From: Rotaria socialis
Lineage: Eukaryota
DNA length: 31,370 nucleotides
Direction: 5' to 3'
NCBI GenBank assembly: GCA_905331295.1
Contig: CAJNYD010000034.1
Span: 372,001 to 403,370, forward strand
Part shown: in pieces, positions 19,512 through 31,370 of the stretch
Position numbering within the stretch: the stretch's first letter is position 1
Layout: each line of letters opens with the position of its first letter
Translations under genes and position numbers: made by a program
Notes under the pieces: model-generated
What the model saw: the letters and a program-made list of their open reading frames with translations, nothing else
Database searches by the model: none
Told to the model about the DNA's origin: nothing

Positions 19512-22500
19512 ATGTTTATTCGATATGTTTATTATACATTAATTTTAACTTTTATCAAACAAATCTTTTCCTGCCCTATACCATTTAATATTCAATCAAA
19601 ATGTCGCTGTGCTATTACTGAAACAGGCCGTGTTTATATTTATTGTGCCAGAAAACAATTAACAGTAGTACCTAATTTTGATAACAGTAAGTTAATAATA
19701 ATAATAATTATTGTTATTATGAAATTTATTGGCCTATTTTTTTTTCTTCTTCTTCTTCTTTTCTTAAGGCAATATCATTTTTGATGAACTTGTTTTATCC
19801 GGTAATCGAATATCTATTGTACAAAAAAATGCATTTAATGGTTTAAAATTACGTAAACTTGAATTACAATCGAACCCATTAGAAACAATTGAGAACAACG
19901 CATTTATTGATTTAGCTAATTATTTAGAAGAGTTTATTCTATCAACAACTGTTATTACATCACAATTAACAACTCGTACATTTCTACAAATACTTTCTGA
20001 ACTACCCAATCTAAAACGTTTATCATTACGTTTATTCAATTTATCGAATTCATTAAACATTGCAAACAATACAAATTTAATATTAAGAAAATTAACTCAA
20101 CTCTCTTTGCAATCATGTTTACTTACGGAAATTAACGATATAGAAATATTTGCTAATTTATTTCCAAATTTAGAACGATTAGATTTATCCGAAAATCGTT
20201 TAGAATATTTCAATATTCCATTGATATCATCGTTGAAAAAATTAAAAGTTTTTATATTAAGCAAAAATAAAATTCGTCATTTAAATATTCATCCATCATT
20301 ATCAACAATGACTCTTAATCCATCAAATTCATTAATTGAACTTGATCTATCATATAATGGTTAGTATAAACTTAAAAATTGAATACTAAAAAACAAAAAG
20401 CGATATATATTTTTGAGTCACATATTATTACGTTGATAACTAGAGATCACAAACTAAACTATAAAAGGTAAACATATTTCCTAAGATAGAAAGTAGTATA
20501 AAATTAGTTCAAGATCTTTTTAAGCCTAACGTCTGACTTTCTGTTAATATCTTGGATGAAAGTCATAAAAATATGATTAATCATCGAATGACAATTTACT
20601 TATGCCAATCTACATTCATGTTTCATGCAATTTTGTAAGACAACATGCAAAAAAAACTTGGAATGTATCAATAATATGCCATACTCGAAAATTTACTGAA
20701 TTTCTTTTTAAACAAAATAATTACGGGTTTTCTCATGTTGGAATCCAGATAGAAGATTATTTCATAGGATGATCAATCTTAGACCCCAATAGTTTTGACA
20801 ATAATCTGTTAAAGCTCTGTCGTCCGCGGGGAGTTCAGTCTTTCGTATTGGAATAGACTCGATCGTTGCTTCTAATCATTCTCGAGACAGACTCCTCCAA
20901 GAATGCGCATGTGACTTGAAAAACGTTGATTGAATGTTGTTGTAAAATAGACCTTGACTATACTATCAGATGTTTTCATCTCATTGATTTCAATGTCGAA
21001 AAAATAGTAATAAGATTTCAAGAAGAGAGTAGTGATCTCATCGGTTTTTATCGTTTTAGACATATATTTGTTAAATTAACGTTGTTTACTAGGCATCTAT
21101 TTCTTGCTATCGAAGAAGATCCTGTTAGTTAATGTCCTCTGACTTTAATCTGATGTGAGCATGTATTTATGTACGGATATCCGATAAGTATATCGTAGAA
21201 ATGATTCTAAGTAGTCTTATGAGAAATTCTCATCCTCGAGTGCAATTTTTGCAGTATTTACCTAGTTCAGAATACTTCAGGTATACAGGAAGTTTTTCAA
21301 GAAACTGATAGGATCTATTTATTTATATTGATATAGCTACCAAGTATCTAGAAGTAGTTTTGTCTATGATTATCTCTATAGTAGTATTGAAATTATCATA
21401 ATACTAATTACAGTATCACAGATAGAGTCAATATTATTAGTAATGCATGAAACTTATTTATGGATTTGTTCCAAAACGATCAGATGCAATTATAGATTGT
21501 CCACTCTCAAAGAACTGATAAGAACATCCTGTTATTTTATTTCTTCATATAGGTATTGAAACAATCAATGAAAATATATTTGAACTAGTCTCATCTCAAC
21601 TTGAAATATTAAATTTACGAAACAATGAACTATTAACGGAAAAACAGCTAACATTTTTAATTCATTTAAAACGCTTACGTGAATTTTATTTGGATTATAA
21701 CCGGTTAGAATCAATAAATCAAGTAAATTTTCCAGCAAGTCTAAAAATATTATCATTGAAAAATAATCATTTAAATCAAATTGATTTTTCAATCTTAATG
21801 CATCTTGAATATTTGGAAAAATTATTTTTATCATCCAATAAATTAACAAAATTATCCTTGAAAATAAAAAATCTTTTTCCATCATTAGAAATTTTCGAAC
21901 TTGATCGCAATCATTTATCTTTTATTTCGTCTATAAATGCACCAAAATTAAAACAATTAAATTTAGATGGAAATTATTTAGGAGGAAAAATTGACAAAAA
22001 AATCTTTTCAAATTTACCATCACTTGAAAAAGTTCATTTACGTGATAATCAAATTGAATCTATCGATAATAATTCATTTCATAATTCACGTTTACAGCTA
22101 TTAGATTTAAGAAACAATAGTTTAAAAACATTTCCTCTACTAACAAAAATCAATGAAACCTTACAAACTCTATTTCTTCGACGTAATCTAATATGTACAA
22201 TAGATCAATACTTTTTAAATTTCTATCAAAATCTTCAAACGCTCGAACTTGATCAAAATCCGTTACATTGTGATTGTCGAATGAAAAAAGACTTTAAACA
22301 AATGAAAGTAACTGGCCAATGCCAATCACCACCAGAGCGGCAAAATGTTAATTTAAATGAATTACCAAATGAACAGTTTACCTGTAGTATGTTGACGACA
22401 CCCCAGTGTTCATATCTCACAAAAGCAACACTTGATAATGAAAAAGATATAACAACTAAAATAATAACAACGACCAAAACGACAACAAGAACAGCTACGA

Positions 22501-24150
22501 TGGCAACTACAATAAAAACTACTGCAATGAATATGTAAGTGTGAAAAGCCCTACTAAACTAGTTTAAATTATTTATCTTCTTTAACTAAATGATTTTTTT
22601 GATTGCTATAAAATATTGTTGTAATAGTTTTTTTTGTTGGAAGTAGCTGAGACAAAAATAATGCCATATACAACTTTCTCTTATTGAAACGGTTCCACTA
22701 ATTTTGATCTGAACTGGACCAGATAGGAATATTTTTCATTGTATTTGTTTTGTAAAGAGATGAAAAATTCATTTATTCCGTTTGTTGAAAATAAAATTGA
22801 ACATCTGTATGTTAAACAAAAAATTTCTTTATATAAATCTTGAAATACTGAAACCCCATTAGATTAGAATTCGGACAATATCTTGGGTGCACCAGTGGCA
22901 GTATTGACAATAGTTGGACTAGATTTGTGATATAGAAAAAAAGCTATTCTCAGTAGAAAGAGTGTTTTCATATCTTTCTTATTAAACAAAAATATGCAAC
23001 ACATGGAAGTGATTAATGAAGTAAAATAGGATCTTCAGATTCTCAAAGAAATACACGGCGTGAAAGATAATATTCGCGAAAATTTTTTATTTAAGAAAAT
23101 ATTTTAAAAATTCATCTATATTAAACTAGTGTTTTTAGAGTTGAAAATTTTGTCAACAATATCGATGAAAGACAAAACTCTTTCACAACTACGTCAATTG
23201 ACAATATGTCATTCGAATCTATTCGAATAGCAGACTTAATGATAACGCCAAATATAGATAAAAATCAATTATTAATTCAATGGCAAATAATTCCATCGAT
23301 AATCGATGAAAATTTTAATGACGACTATCGTCGAACATATTTAAAACATCATGATATAAGTGGTTTTAAAATAAGTTCAAATTCTCCGATATATAAAATG
23401 AGCGAATTACTTGATATTTTGCAACGAAATTATACATTGGAGTATATACAACATGGTGAAATATGTCTTTATCTTCTTCGTAAAATGAATTATGAAAAAG
23501 TTTGTAAACAATTACAATTTACATCTACACAAACATTGAAATCGTCATTTATTATCGATCCAAATGAAAAACAACAGCACCAATTTTGGTATACAAATGA
23601 ACCAACAAAAAGTATTCTTATTGGATCATTGTTTGGTATTCTCTTTGTACTTATTCTTCTGATATTTATTATTTTAATAATGTCTCGTTGTCCACATTTA
23701 CTATTTTGCCATTTACGTTCATCAAGATATCATCAGAATAATGATTCAAAAAGCGAATCACTTCTTGTTCGTCCTACACCTACAAATACAATTCCATGGC
23801 CAATGCAATCGCAACAACATTTCTATCTTCATCAAAATCATCATCATCAATTAAGGCCTGCTAGTTATCAAGCAAGTGTATCTACTCAATCACAGTGTAC
23901 ATGCCCAACACATTATCATAGTAGTGGTTCATCGTCGACCGGTGCTAGTTCAACGTGTGCTCATGGACAAAACTATCATATTTATCAAGAAATAATAAAC
24001 GATGATTTGAATGCAACAAATACATCGAATAACTATCGAACATGCCGTTCTATAAAAATAAATTCGAATTCACCGTTAACATCACTATCAACAAATACAC
24101 AAATGAACTCTGAACAGTGTCAACTATGTTCACTTAGTGTACTTGTGTGA
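19512..24150 (+). CDS. Single-pass type I membrane leucine-rich-repeat protein (signal peptide, LRRNT, many LRRs, LRRCT, Thr-rich stalk, FN3-like domain, TM, cytoplasmic tail), ~919 aa
   Basis: Exons 19512-19686, 19769-20359, 21553-22534, 23139-24150 join in frame (2760 nt). Features: N-terminal hydrophobic leader, CP..CRC..C cap, repeated LxxLxLxxNxL units, NPLHCDC..C..P..C (LRRCT), TTTKTTTRT stalk, W/Y-patterned FN3-like segment (weakest call), TM ILIGSLFGILFVLILLIFIILIM, ending ..SVLV. AATAAA at 24195-24200. Confidence 0.92.
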
Positions 24151-24717
24151 ATTTTTGTTTTTGTACGTTTTCCTTTTGCGGTTTTTCATATTATAATAAA
24201 AGCATTCAGATTGAAATTGAAATTTTAAATTATTTGTTGTCATACGATATTACATAGTGAAAAGAAATCATATAAATACAGATACATGATTTATCCTTTA
24301 TTTTTGTCATCATCAACAGCACCTATATTTGAATACTATTCTTACAAATTAATTAGGTTTATCAATCTGTAACCTATAGAAAGTTTTATATAGTATTTCA
24401 TTCTTTGTCTACAAAAAAACAGCATGTGTAATTAATTTAATGAATTACAACAGTATATATATACGACCAATCTTCATAGATCTCCGTTGTTGGCAGTTTT
24501 TTGCCAGTGTAAAGATCATTTAAAATTTGCAGGGATTCTTTGTACTGTCATATTTTTTTAATAAGTTAAGAAACAGGCAATTGCTTGCAAGTTATATTAT
24601 AAAAAAAAACATTCACAAAAATCATAATGAATGAATTTAAGCAAGCCAAGATTCAAAACATTTAATTCAAAACTGAAATATAATTTTTCTTCGTACGTTG
24701 ATAAATTTGAGAGGCAT

Positions 24718-25389
24718 TCATTTTAGCCAGAGCTTTAATCGAAAAGCATCTACGCCATTTAAATAATAATGATATAAACGTTTTTCACGTAAAAAACCTA
24801 AATTTTCATAGAGATTTAAAGCTGAATCATTACTGACTTCAGCTTCAAGTACAATTTCATCACAGCCACGTTTAATCATCTCTCGTATACTCCTAAGAAC
24901 AAGTTTCGATGCAATTTTTTGTCGTCGATAGTCTTTTTTAATTGCTAACATTGCTATATAACCACGACGTAAAGTATTTTTATGTAAATCTAATTTTGAT
25001 ACAATGGCACCAATTAAATCATTGGTTTGACGATCTGAACATAAGATACATAAATCAGGCCAATTATGAATAAAATAACGATATGTATATATTGAATATG
25101 GTTCAGATAATGTACTACTGATTAAAGATATTATAGATGACATTTCCTTTTCCGATTGATACGAGTGAAAATATATATTTGAGTCCAATGAATTATCAAT
25201 TAATAAAATATCAAGTTTTGCTATTAATTCATCATCGTCGGTTAACTTTGTTGAAGATTCATTATCATTATTATTTTCACATGGATAAATATGTTTATTA
25301 GTTTCTTCATGAATATGATTTATTATGGATGTATTATTAAATTGTTCAGTTTGATGATCAGAAACATTATTGGTAATAATAGATTCCAT
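24718..25389 (-). CDS. NAA30: N-alpha-acetyltransferase 30 (NatC catalytic subunit, Mak3 orthologue), ~223 aa, intronless CDS
   Basis: Contains LSEPYSIYTYRYFIHNWP, RGYIAMLAI..YRRQKIASKLV, CDEIVLEAEVSNDSALNLYENLGF, YYLNGVDAFRLKLWL, which are diagnostic for NAA30. The start is placed at MESII (25389) because the upstream in-frame 35 codons to 25494 look like AT-rich UTR. Confidence 0.95.
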   Translation of the reverse strand: MESIITNNVSDHQTEQFNNTSIINHIHEETNKHIYPCENNNDNESSTKLTDDDELIAKLDILLIDNSLDSNIYFHSYQSEKEMSSIISLISSTLSEPYSIYTYRYFIHNWPDLCILCSDRQTNDLIGAIVSKLDLHKNTLRRGYIAMLAIKKDYRRQKIASKLVLRSIREMIKRGCDEIVLEAEVSNDSALNLYENLGFLREKRLYHYYLNGVDAFRLKLWLK

Positions 25390-25630
25390 ATTTTTAATAA
25401 TTTTGTAAAGAAAACTAATAAATAAATAAATGATATTATAAAATATTATGTATGTATTATTATTATGTTGTCTAATGGATGAACAACAGACCATCCAGCT
25501 GCTATGAGACTTGAAACATCTAGTGACATCTAAATCTTTGTTTTTGACTAGAGGTTATTGATAGAGAAACAACTTTCAGCATGATAAAGAAAAATCATCT
25601 GCACCATAAACATATCAAATTAACGTAAAA
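25390..25630. promoter_or_regulatory. Compact bidirectional promoter (NAA30 / C7orf57-like) with candidate RFX X-box at 25498-25510
   Basis: Only 241 nt separate the divergent start codons. GCTGCTATGAGAC (reverse complement GTCTCATAGCAGC) is an imperfect X-box-like motif. Confidence 0.5.
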
Positions 25631-26122
25631 ATGTCTCGTTCACAACAAAAATCTCAAGATGAAAATCGACATATTCGTTCACCATTAAAAAAGACTAGTC
25701 AGGAATCAGTAGCTACACGTCCACTATCACAAGTTCCTTATCTTAACGGAGTATTCGATGATGAAGAAGCCATTAATCAGCCACAAGTAATTTATGTTCG
25801 AGAAACTGACTCAGATTATATACGTCGATGTAAATTAGGTGGTAGTCGAGATTTACTCTTGTATATTGATCCAGCATCATGTAAAAGTAAAGAACCTGTA
25901 GCATATGCTAGACCACTGTGGTGGGATGCCATGTGTGAAGATTTTCCTTCACCACCAAATGGTGAGAATGAACAGCAGCAAGAAAAGAGATCATCAAAAA
26001 GTGAACATGAATTTAGTGCTTCTAGTCGGGTTGTTCATACTGCACAAAGCAGTTCTCCGGATAGACGACGAAGCACAACTTCGAGACAATCGCAATTGTC
26101 AAAAAATGGCAAAAAGAAATAA
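25631..26122 (+). CDS. C7orf57/DUF5524-like protein, 163 aa, intronless CDS
   Basis: Motifs PLSQVPYL..YVRETDSDYIRRCKLGGSRDLL..PVAYARPLWW parallel the C7orf57 pattern as recalled ([40 protein letters not shown]). AAAATG start context; AATAAA at 26193-26198. Confidence 0.75.
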   Translation: MSRSQQKSQDENRHIRSPLKKTSQESVATRPLSQVPYLNGVFDDEEAINQPQVIYVRETDSDYIRRCKLGGSRDLLLYIDPASCKSKEPVAYARPLWWDAMCEDFPSPPNGENEQQQEKRSSKSEHEFSASSRVVHTAQSSSPDRRRSTTSRQSQLSKNGKKK

Positions 26123-26664
26123 TTCATCAAACATTTCTACAAAAACACTATCTTTTATTTACTATTTTTTTTAGAAAAGTTGGTTTTAATTCAATAAAAT
26201 AGTAGAGAAGTTGTCGGTAATATTTTAGAAAAATTGCATAAATATAAGAAAAATCTACTATTCATACTTATATGTTTATCGTACAATTCTATTCAATAAC
26301 CAACATAGGTCGAATTAAATCTTTAAAATCTTGACGAAAGAATTAGTTTAGTAGCATCTATGATGGCAAGATATTTTCTCTAAATTACTTAGCCTAATAT
26401 TTATCGATGAGTGTGAATTTGAAAAAAAATTCAAATATAATTTTATAATATTTTCAATCAGAAATCTGTGATTCTTAAAGAAGAAACCTGTAGCTTAAAA
26501 TAAATGATCAAGATTAAAAAACACAGCATTGATGATAGAATATAATCTGTTGTAGAATTTAAATGAAGATAATTTATTATTGATTTATAAATAAGGAAAA
26601 GAGAATTAAATATTTTTAGTTAACTAAAAAAATAGTCTCATAGAAATATTCTGTGTTTATTTAG

Positions 26665-27304
26665 ACGAAAGTTATTTAGTTCATATTTTCAAAAGTCAAA
26701 TAACATCAGTTGTCATTCATATTACGAAATGTAAAGGACCAAGCAGTTCAATCAAAGATATAAATTTATTTATATATACACAAGTCTTTACTATGTTCAA
26801 CCATGTAAAATATTTAAATTTCAGTCGACTTACTTCTTCTCCTTATCATCGATTAACATTTGGTATATCACATCCAAATATACTATCTACAACTCTTACA
26901 AAGATTGTTTCTATTTACTTGACGGTTGTTTCAAGCAACTTATTACGTTCTATGTTATCATTTGTTCGTCTGATGTTCCTGAGTTGTCTATGATCAAAAA
27001 TAAAGTAAGTGATCCATATTAATACCTTGTGGGTGAATTAATGAATCATAATTAGAGTCATTAACTGCCATTTGTTTTGTAGAGAAAACTTTCCAATTTA
27101 AAATGCTTTATGCTAACTCATGAATCGGAGTTATTGATCTACAATAATTTTCTTATCCCGCTTTTACATCGAATGTCAAATTTACAAGAACTCAGTTTGT
27201 ATTTTGTCAATCATATTGCGCCAATTATTGATGGTAATAATTTGGAAAAGAATATTTTCAATCATATGACTAAATTAAAATTAGAAGTATCTCTTTGGAT
27301 TTAA
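26665..27304 (+). pseudogene. Internal fragment of an expanded F-box/LRR-like gene family, frameshifted
   Basis: Exon-like 26665-27004 reads DESYLVHIFKSQITS..FTMFNHVKYLNF..STTLT, then shifts frame near 26899 to DCFYLLDGCFKQL..NK|gtaagt. Exon-like 27083-~27280 reads KLSNLKCF..LIPLLHRMSNLQELSLY..IDGNNLEKNIFNHMTKL. No start exon or C-terminus was found. Confidence 0.7.
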
Positions 27305-27719
27305 AATACTATTTTCCTCATACAGAAAAATGTTGATTATTGTTATTTGTTACTCACATAACCTTTCAAAAAATGAGCGAAACAATTTTATTTTATTTCA
27401 TATTTTATAGGAAAACTGTACAGTTATTACATGTATCAAAAAGATTAGATATGAGTTATGAGAGAAAGAAAAAGGTTACTTTGAAAGATAAAAAATACTT
27501 TGCCTGTAATTATAGTCGTCGATTTAATTAAGTGTTATTATAAGTTATATAAAGTAATACGTAAATCCACTTGCTTTTACATATTCGTGTTGCCTTAACC
27601 CAAATGAACTCAAAAACTCTAATTCAGAGCCGATGTTATTCGGTTCGTTAGTTTTTAAAAATCTATTCTAACTTGATTAGATTCAATTCCAGCCTATTCT
27701 GACCTGAGAAGAAGCCATA

Positions 27720-28162
27720 GGTCCACAAGAAATTTATTTTATCCCGTTTTACTTTTCTATATATAAGTTACAAACCCACACCCTTCTTTTAGTCCCTTTA
27801 CTCATTTCACTCTCTTTTAAGGGGGATGTATGTTCGAAAGATAGCAGATTTCGTCAGATGTAAACACTGTGATGTGAACAAGCGAAATCGTCGTTAAATC
27901 ATTGCTTGACTATCCTATATTACGTTTCCAGGGAAAGTTGTAAATTTTATTTTCTATCTTTATTTCATCATTTTAATTGTGAACGTTTTAATTCTATTCC
28001 TGAGTCAACCATTTGAACTTGAAAAGTGATGATCATAAACTATGATTTCTTGTTTCATTATCAGAAGTTATTTGTCTTTAGAACTACGGTCACAGAAGTA
28101 AAGGGAGTTCAATATATATATATAGTTTAGTAAAACGGGATAAAATAAATTTCTCGTGGACC
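27720..28162. mobile_element. MITE ~443 bp with long TIRs
   Basis: GGTCCACAAGAAATTTATTTTATCCCGTTTTACT (27720-27753) matches its reverse complement at 28129-28162 at 33/34 positions, extendable to ~46 bp. No clear TSD. Confidence 0.8.
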
Positions 28163-28356
28163 CCTCTCTTATGAAGTTTGGCTTTTCGAGGTGTACCAGT
28201 AAGATTTTCTTATCGGATACGTAATTAAATGTGCTCTTTCCAATGAAAGAGTTTTCAACTTAAAATTCCAAGCAATATAAAACGTTTTCGCTCCAATACT
28301 AGTGTTGGAATCTAATTTATGTCATTGTTTGGCTGATACTTGATAGATTCCAACAA

Positions 28357-28688
28357 ATTAATTCTCATTTTGACTGAGTATAAATATTATATTTGTTTTA
28401 AGCACAAAATCTAATTCGGTTTAATTATTTTTAAAACTTTTGTTTTCGGTCAGATTTAGGATTATATGAAAACAAAATATTTTATTCAAAACAACTATTT
28501 GATTGATTATTAATTGATCTACTTTATCTCAAACATCACTCCTTTTGGAGTAAGTTATATATTTTCGTTATCCATGGCGGGGACCAGGGGTGAAAATCTG
28601 ACCGAAAACAAAAGTTTTAGAATTAAATCTAATTAGATTTTGCGCTTAAAAAAATATAATATTTAAATTCAGTCAAGTGGGAATTAAT
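28357..28688. mobile_element. Foldback/MITE element with ~95-100 bp inverted arms
   Basis: Arms ~28357-28457 and ~28594-28688, including a perfect TAAAACTTTTGTTTTCGGTCAGATTT / AAATCTGACCGAAAACAAAAGTTTTA pair. Confidence 0.7.
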
Positions 28689-31170
28689 CTATTTGAAACT
28701 TCATAAAATTGAGAATAGCATTATTTCTAGCAGCATGACGCAATCGAGGCGGTATTTGGAATTTATTGAGAGAAAAAAGATTGAATATCTAAGTCGTTCC
28801 TATATATTTTGATAGAAAAACACATTGTGTATCGAACAGACTTATTTTCAAACAGAATAAATCGAATATTCATGGACCTTTGGGTCAATAGCTGTTTTTT
28901 AAGGCTCCAAGGGAGTGCTTCGGATCTTTCTTAGTATCCAATGAATTTTAAAATTTTAAATGATATTTGTGATCAGGGAACTTAACTTTATTGAAATATA
29001 ACTACTTGTACTAAAATTTGAACAAAATGTTTTTTCGATCCTTGAGGGGTGCCCCAGATATTAAAAATTGAGTTTTTATAAAATACACAATAAACTCGTG
29101 GAAAATAATTCAAATTCAATGATGATTCTCAAGCTAATAAAGTTAGGTGCAGATTTTCTGTGAAGTCAGGTTCCTAATTTGGCACACCCCTTTTTTGATC
29201 GTGCAGTTAGTGTATTCACCAAGATCGAGGGAGAACAATCAGTTTAACAGAAAATGTTGTCGTCCTGTCGTATACCACTCCTTTATTTTACTGTTTCTTT
29301 TCCACAACTAGTAACATCTTTGACATGTTTCAGCATCTCTAGCACCTGGCCAGCACCTTCAGCACTTTATAGTAAAATTTGATGCTTGGAGCCAGCACTT
29401 TCCCCCTTGGTATTTGTATTTGGAAGAATACTTCGTACAGTGAATTTGCAATAATCCATTACGTCTAACTAAATTGAAATAAACATAATAATTTTTGCAA
29501 CAGTCAAATAATCTATTATGACGGCTTGGCTTCCGATTTCTCAATTGAGATTTTCAAGTGAAATCTAGCTATACGGTTAACTAATTATTTTATATATATA
29601 TATGCGTTCATGAATAATGTAAATCCGAAAACATTATGTTTAAAATAGTATTTTTTAATTTTTTATTATATCTATTTCTTATTTATTTAATTATTTTTTG
29701 TTTTGTAACGTTCGATGGATGGTAGACTCGATTACTCGTGCTTATTTCATTGACAAGTGTTAGTTGATACGAACTGAATCTGATACGAAGATTACGCATG
29801 TACTATGTATTACGTATCCTTGTTCTGTCGAATTATTCACAAATTTCAGAATTATTTGCAATTGTTTGATCTCAATTCATATTTGTCTTAAAGCAATAGT
29901 CTGATGGAACTGCTGCTACGAAAACAAATCTATAATGTTGTTCAATGCTATTGTTCTAAGCTAACGCAAATAGAATTTTTTCCAGTAAACGACATATGTT
30001 CCGATAAGAAATATCAACTTTTGTTCAATCTTCTGAACATAGCTAGTTTCAAAATAAACTATCTCGAAAAACTTACAAAAAAATCCTTCATGCTTATTTA
30101 GATGAAAGGTTTTTACTTCGTATTGTCAAAATTGAATTTTTATCATTTACTATTTGATTCCTTTTTTTCTATCAACAATAATGAATGGTAAAGGTATCCT
30201 TTTAGTGTTTTCAGAAATAAACTTGCTAATTTGAAATAGTTTTCATTAACTCATAAATATATGCTCATTTATTTGTTTTTGCATAATCAAAGTAGTTTAT
30301 CATCAAACAACGATATTCCGTATATAATTTTCGTTATTTTCTAGTGAAAAATGTATGTCACTGTTTTTAACGAGATGCAATGACACGGATGTTACTATCA
30401 GTAGTCTATTTTTACTCAATAAACCAAGATTATTGAAATAGGTTTGTGCAACATAAGCAATCTCATTATAGATTTGAAAAAGTAAATACAAAAGATCAAT
30501 GTAAATGAAAAACGTTCATTCAGAATAAAATAATCTAATCTAAGCTATATCGACTACCATGTTATTTTTCATTTCTTTAAAAACACATTTCAGAATTTAC
30601 CAGGTTATTTTTTTTATTAAATAACTATTCATTGTTTAGATTCAACTTTTGCAAAATTAATATCTAAGGAGAAGAGATATTTTCAAACGAAGAATATATA
30701 CATCTATCTCTATGCAGTTTGTATGAATTTATCTGATTATTCTTCAGTTATTTTGAGAAAAATTCTAATCGAATAAAACCACAAAGCTGATGTTTATCTG
30801 GTTACTCATCATCATCATCAACAAAAAGTAGCATACATTTGTTGACATCGAAACCTCATGAAATAGCTTATGCTACACGATGAGAAACAAACAAACGATA
30901 GGTGCTGAGAGTTCTTGGCATTTTGAAATGAGAAGTTTTGCTCTTGTATCAGATCGGTCTTTCCATCAATCCGCTATTTTTCGTCATTGCAACATGTATC
31001 CGATCATGAGAGATTCGTTACCGCTTAGTAAATGGCATTTTACGAAATCTTTTTTTTGAATTATAAATCTAGGATTAATTTAAAGCAATAGAGAAGAGTT
31101 TGAACTATTGATCACAAATAAATCAATTATGAATCTCTGAAAAATTGTGTTCTACAGAACACATTAAAAC

Positions 31171-31370
31171 ATGCATCGAAATAACGTTCATCTTGTTGAT
31201 CTACCTAATGAAATAATTATTATTATAGCACAAGAACATCAATAACTAATGATATTTGTTCAATTTCTGATTCAGTACTAGATCGATTTTGTATTGATAT
31301 ATGTTGCTACGAATTCGTTAACAATGTCAACTCTTTCATAGCTGTGTTAAAAAATAAGAAAATGAATTAT
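31171..31370 (+). pseudogene. F-box N-terminal pseudogene fragment of the same family
   Basis: MHRNNVHLVDLPNEIIIII (F-box start LxDLPxEI) is followed by an early stop, with ..ICSISDSVLDRFCIDI in another frame. This implies an internal deletion and frameshifts. Confidence 0.65.

Noticed and set aside
21565..22477. Minus-strand ORFs of 106 aa and 74 aa
   Set aside because: They are antisense shadows of LRR exon 3.
25390..25494. 35-aa hydrophobic N-terminal extension of NAA30
   Set aside because: It translates AT-rich low-complexity UTR/promoter sequence; the downstream ATG has the better AAAAATATGG context. Not fully excluded.
25905..26174. Overlapping 89-aa ORF
   Set aside because: Alternate frame of the C7orf57-like CDS with no recognisable motif.
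30303..30491. 62-aa minus ORF with an LLIVTS motif reminiscent of SF3 helicase motif C
   Set aside because: No Walker A/B nearby, a non-ATG start, and too short to support.

Overview
AT-rich eukaryotic (animal) genomic DNA with many 50-63 nt GT-AG introns. Intron style, the F-box pseudogene family and the repeat types suggest a bdelloid rotifer; this is inference. Four protein-coding genes are present: (1) a 16-17 exon MAK/CILK1(ICK)-type TDY ciliary kinase on the minus strand (1964-10294); (2) a divergently transcribed 4-exon, ~919 aa single-pass LRR/LRRCT/FN3-like receptor (19512-24150); (3) an intronless NatC catalytic subunit NAA30 (minus strand), head-to-head with (4) an intronless C7orf57/DUF5524-like gene. 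Both ends of the window are rich in mobile-element debris: foldback/MITE inverted repeats and frameshifted F-box-family pseudogenes. The most notable non-coding signal is at 288-533, where two tandem minimal type I hammerhead ribozymes lie on the minus strand with predicted cleavage sites 201 nt apart. The stop codon of a GIY-YIG-tail-like ORF remnant lies inside one ribozyme core, and a degenerate third core sits on the opposite strand. This looks like a Penelope-like element or retrozyme 3' end lying just downstream of, and co-oriented with, the kinase gene.
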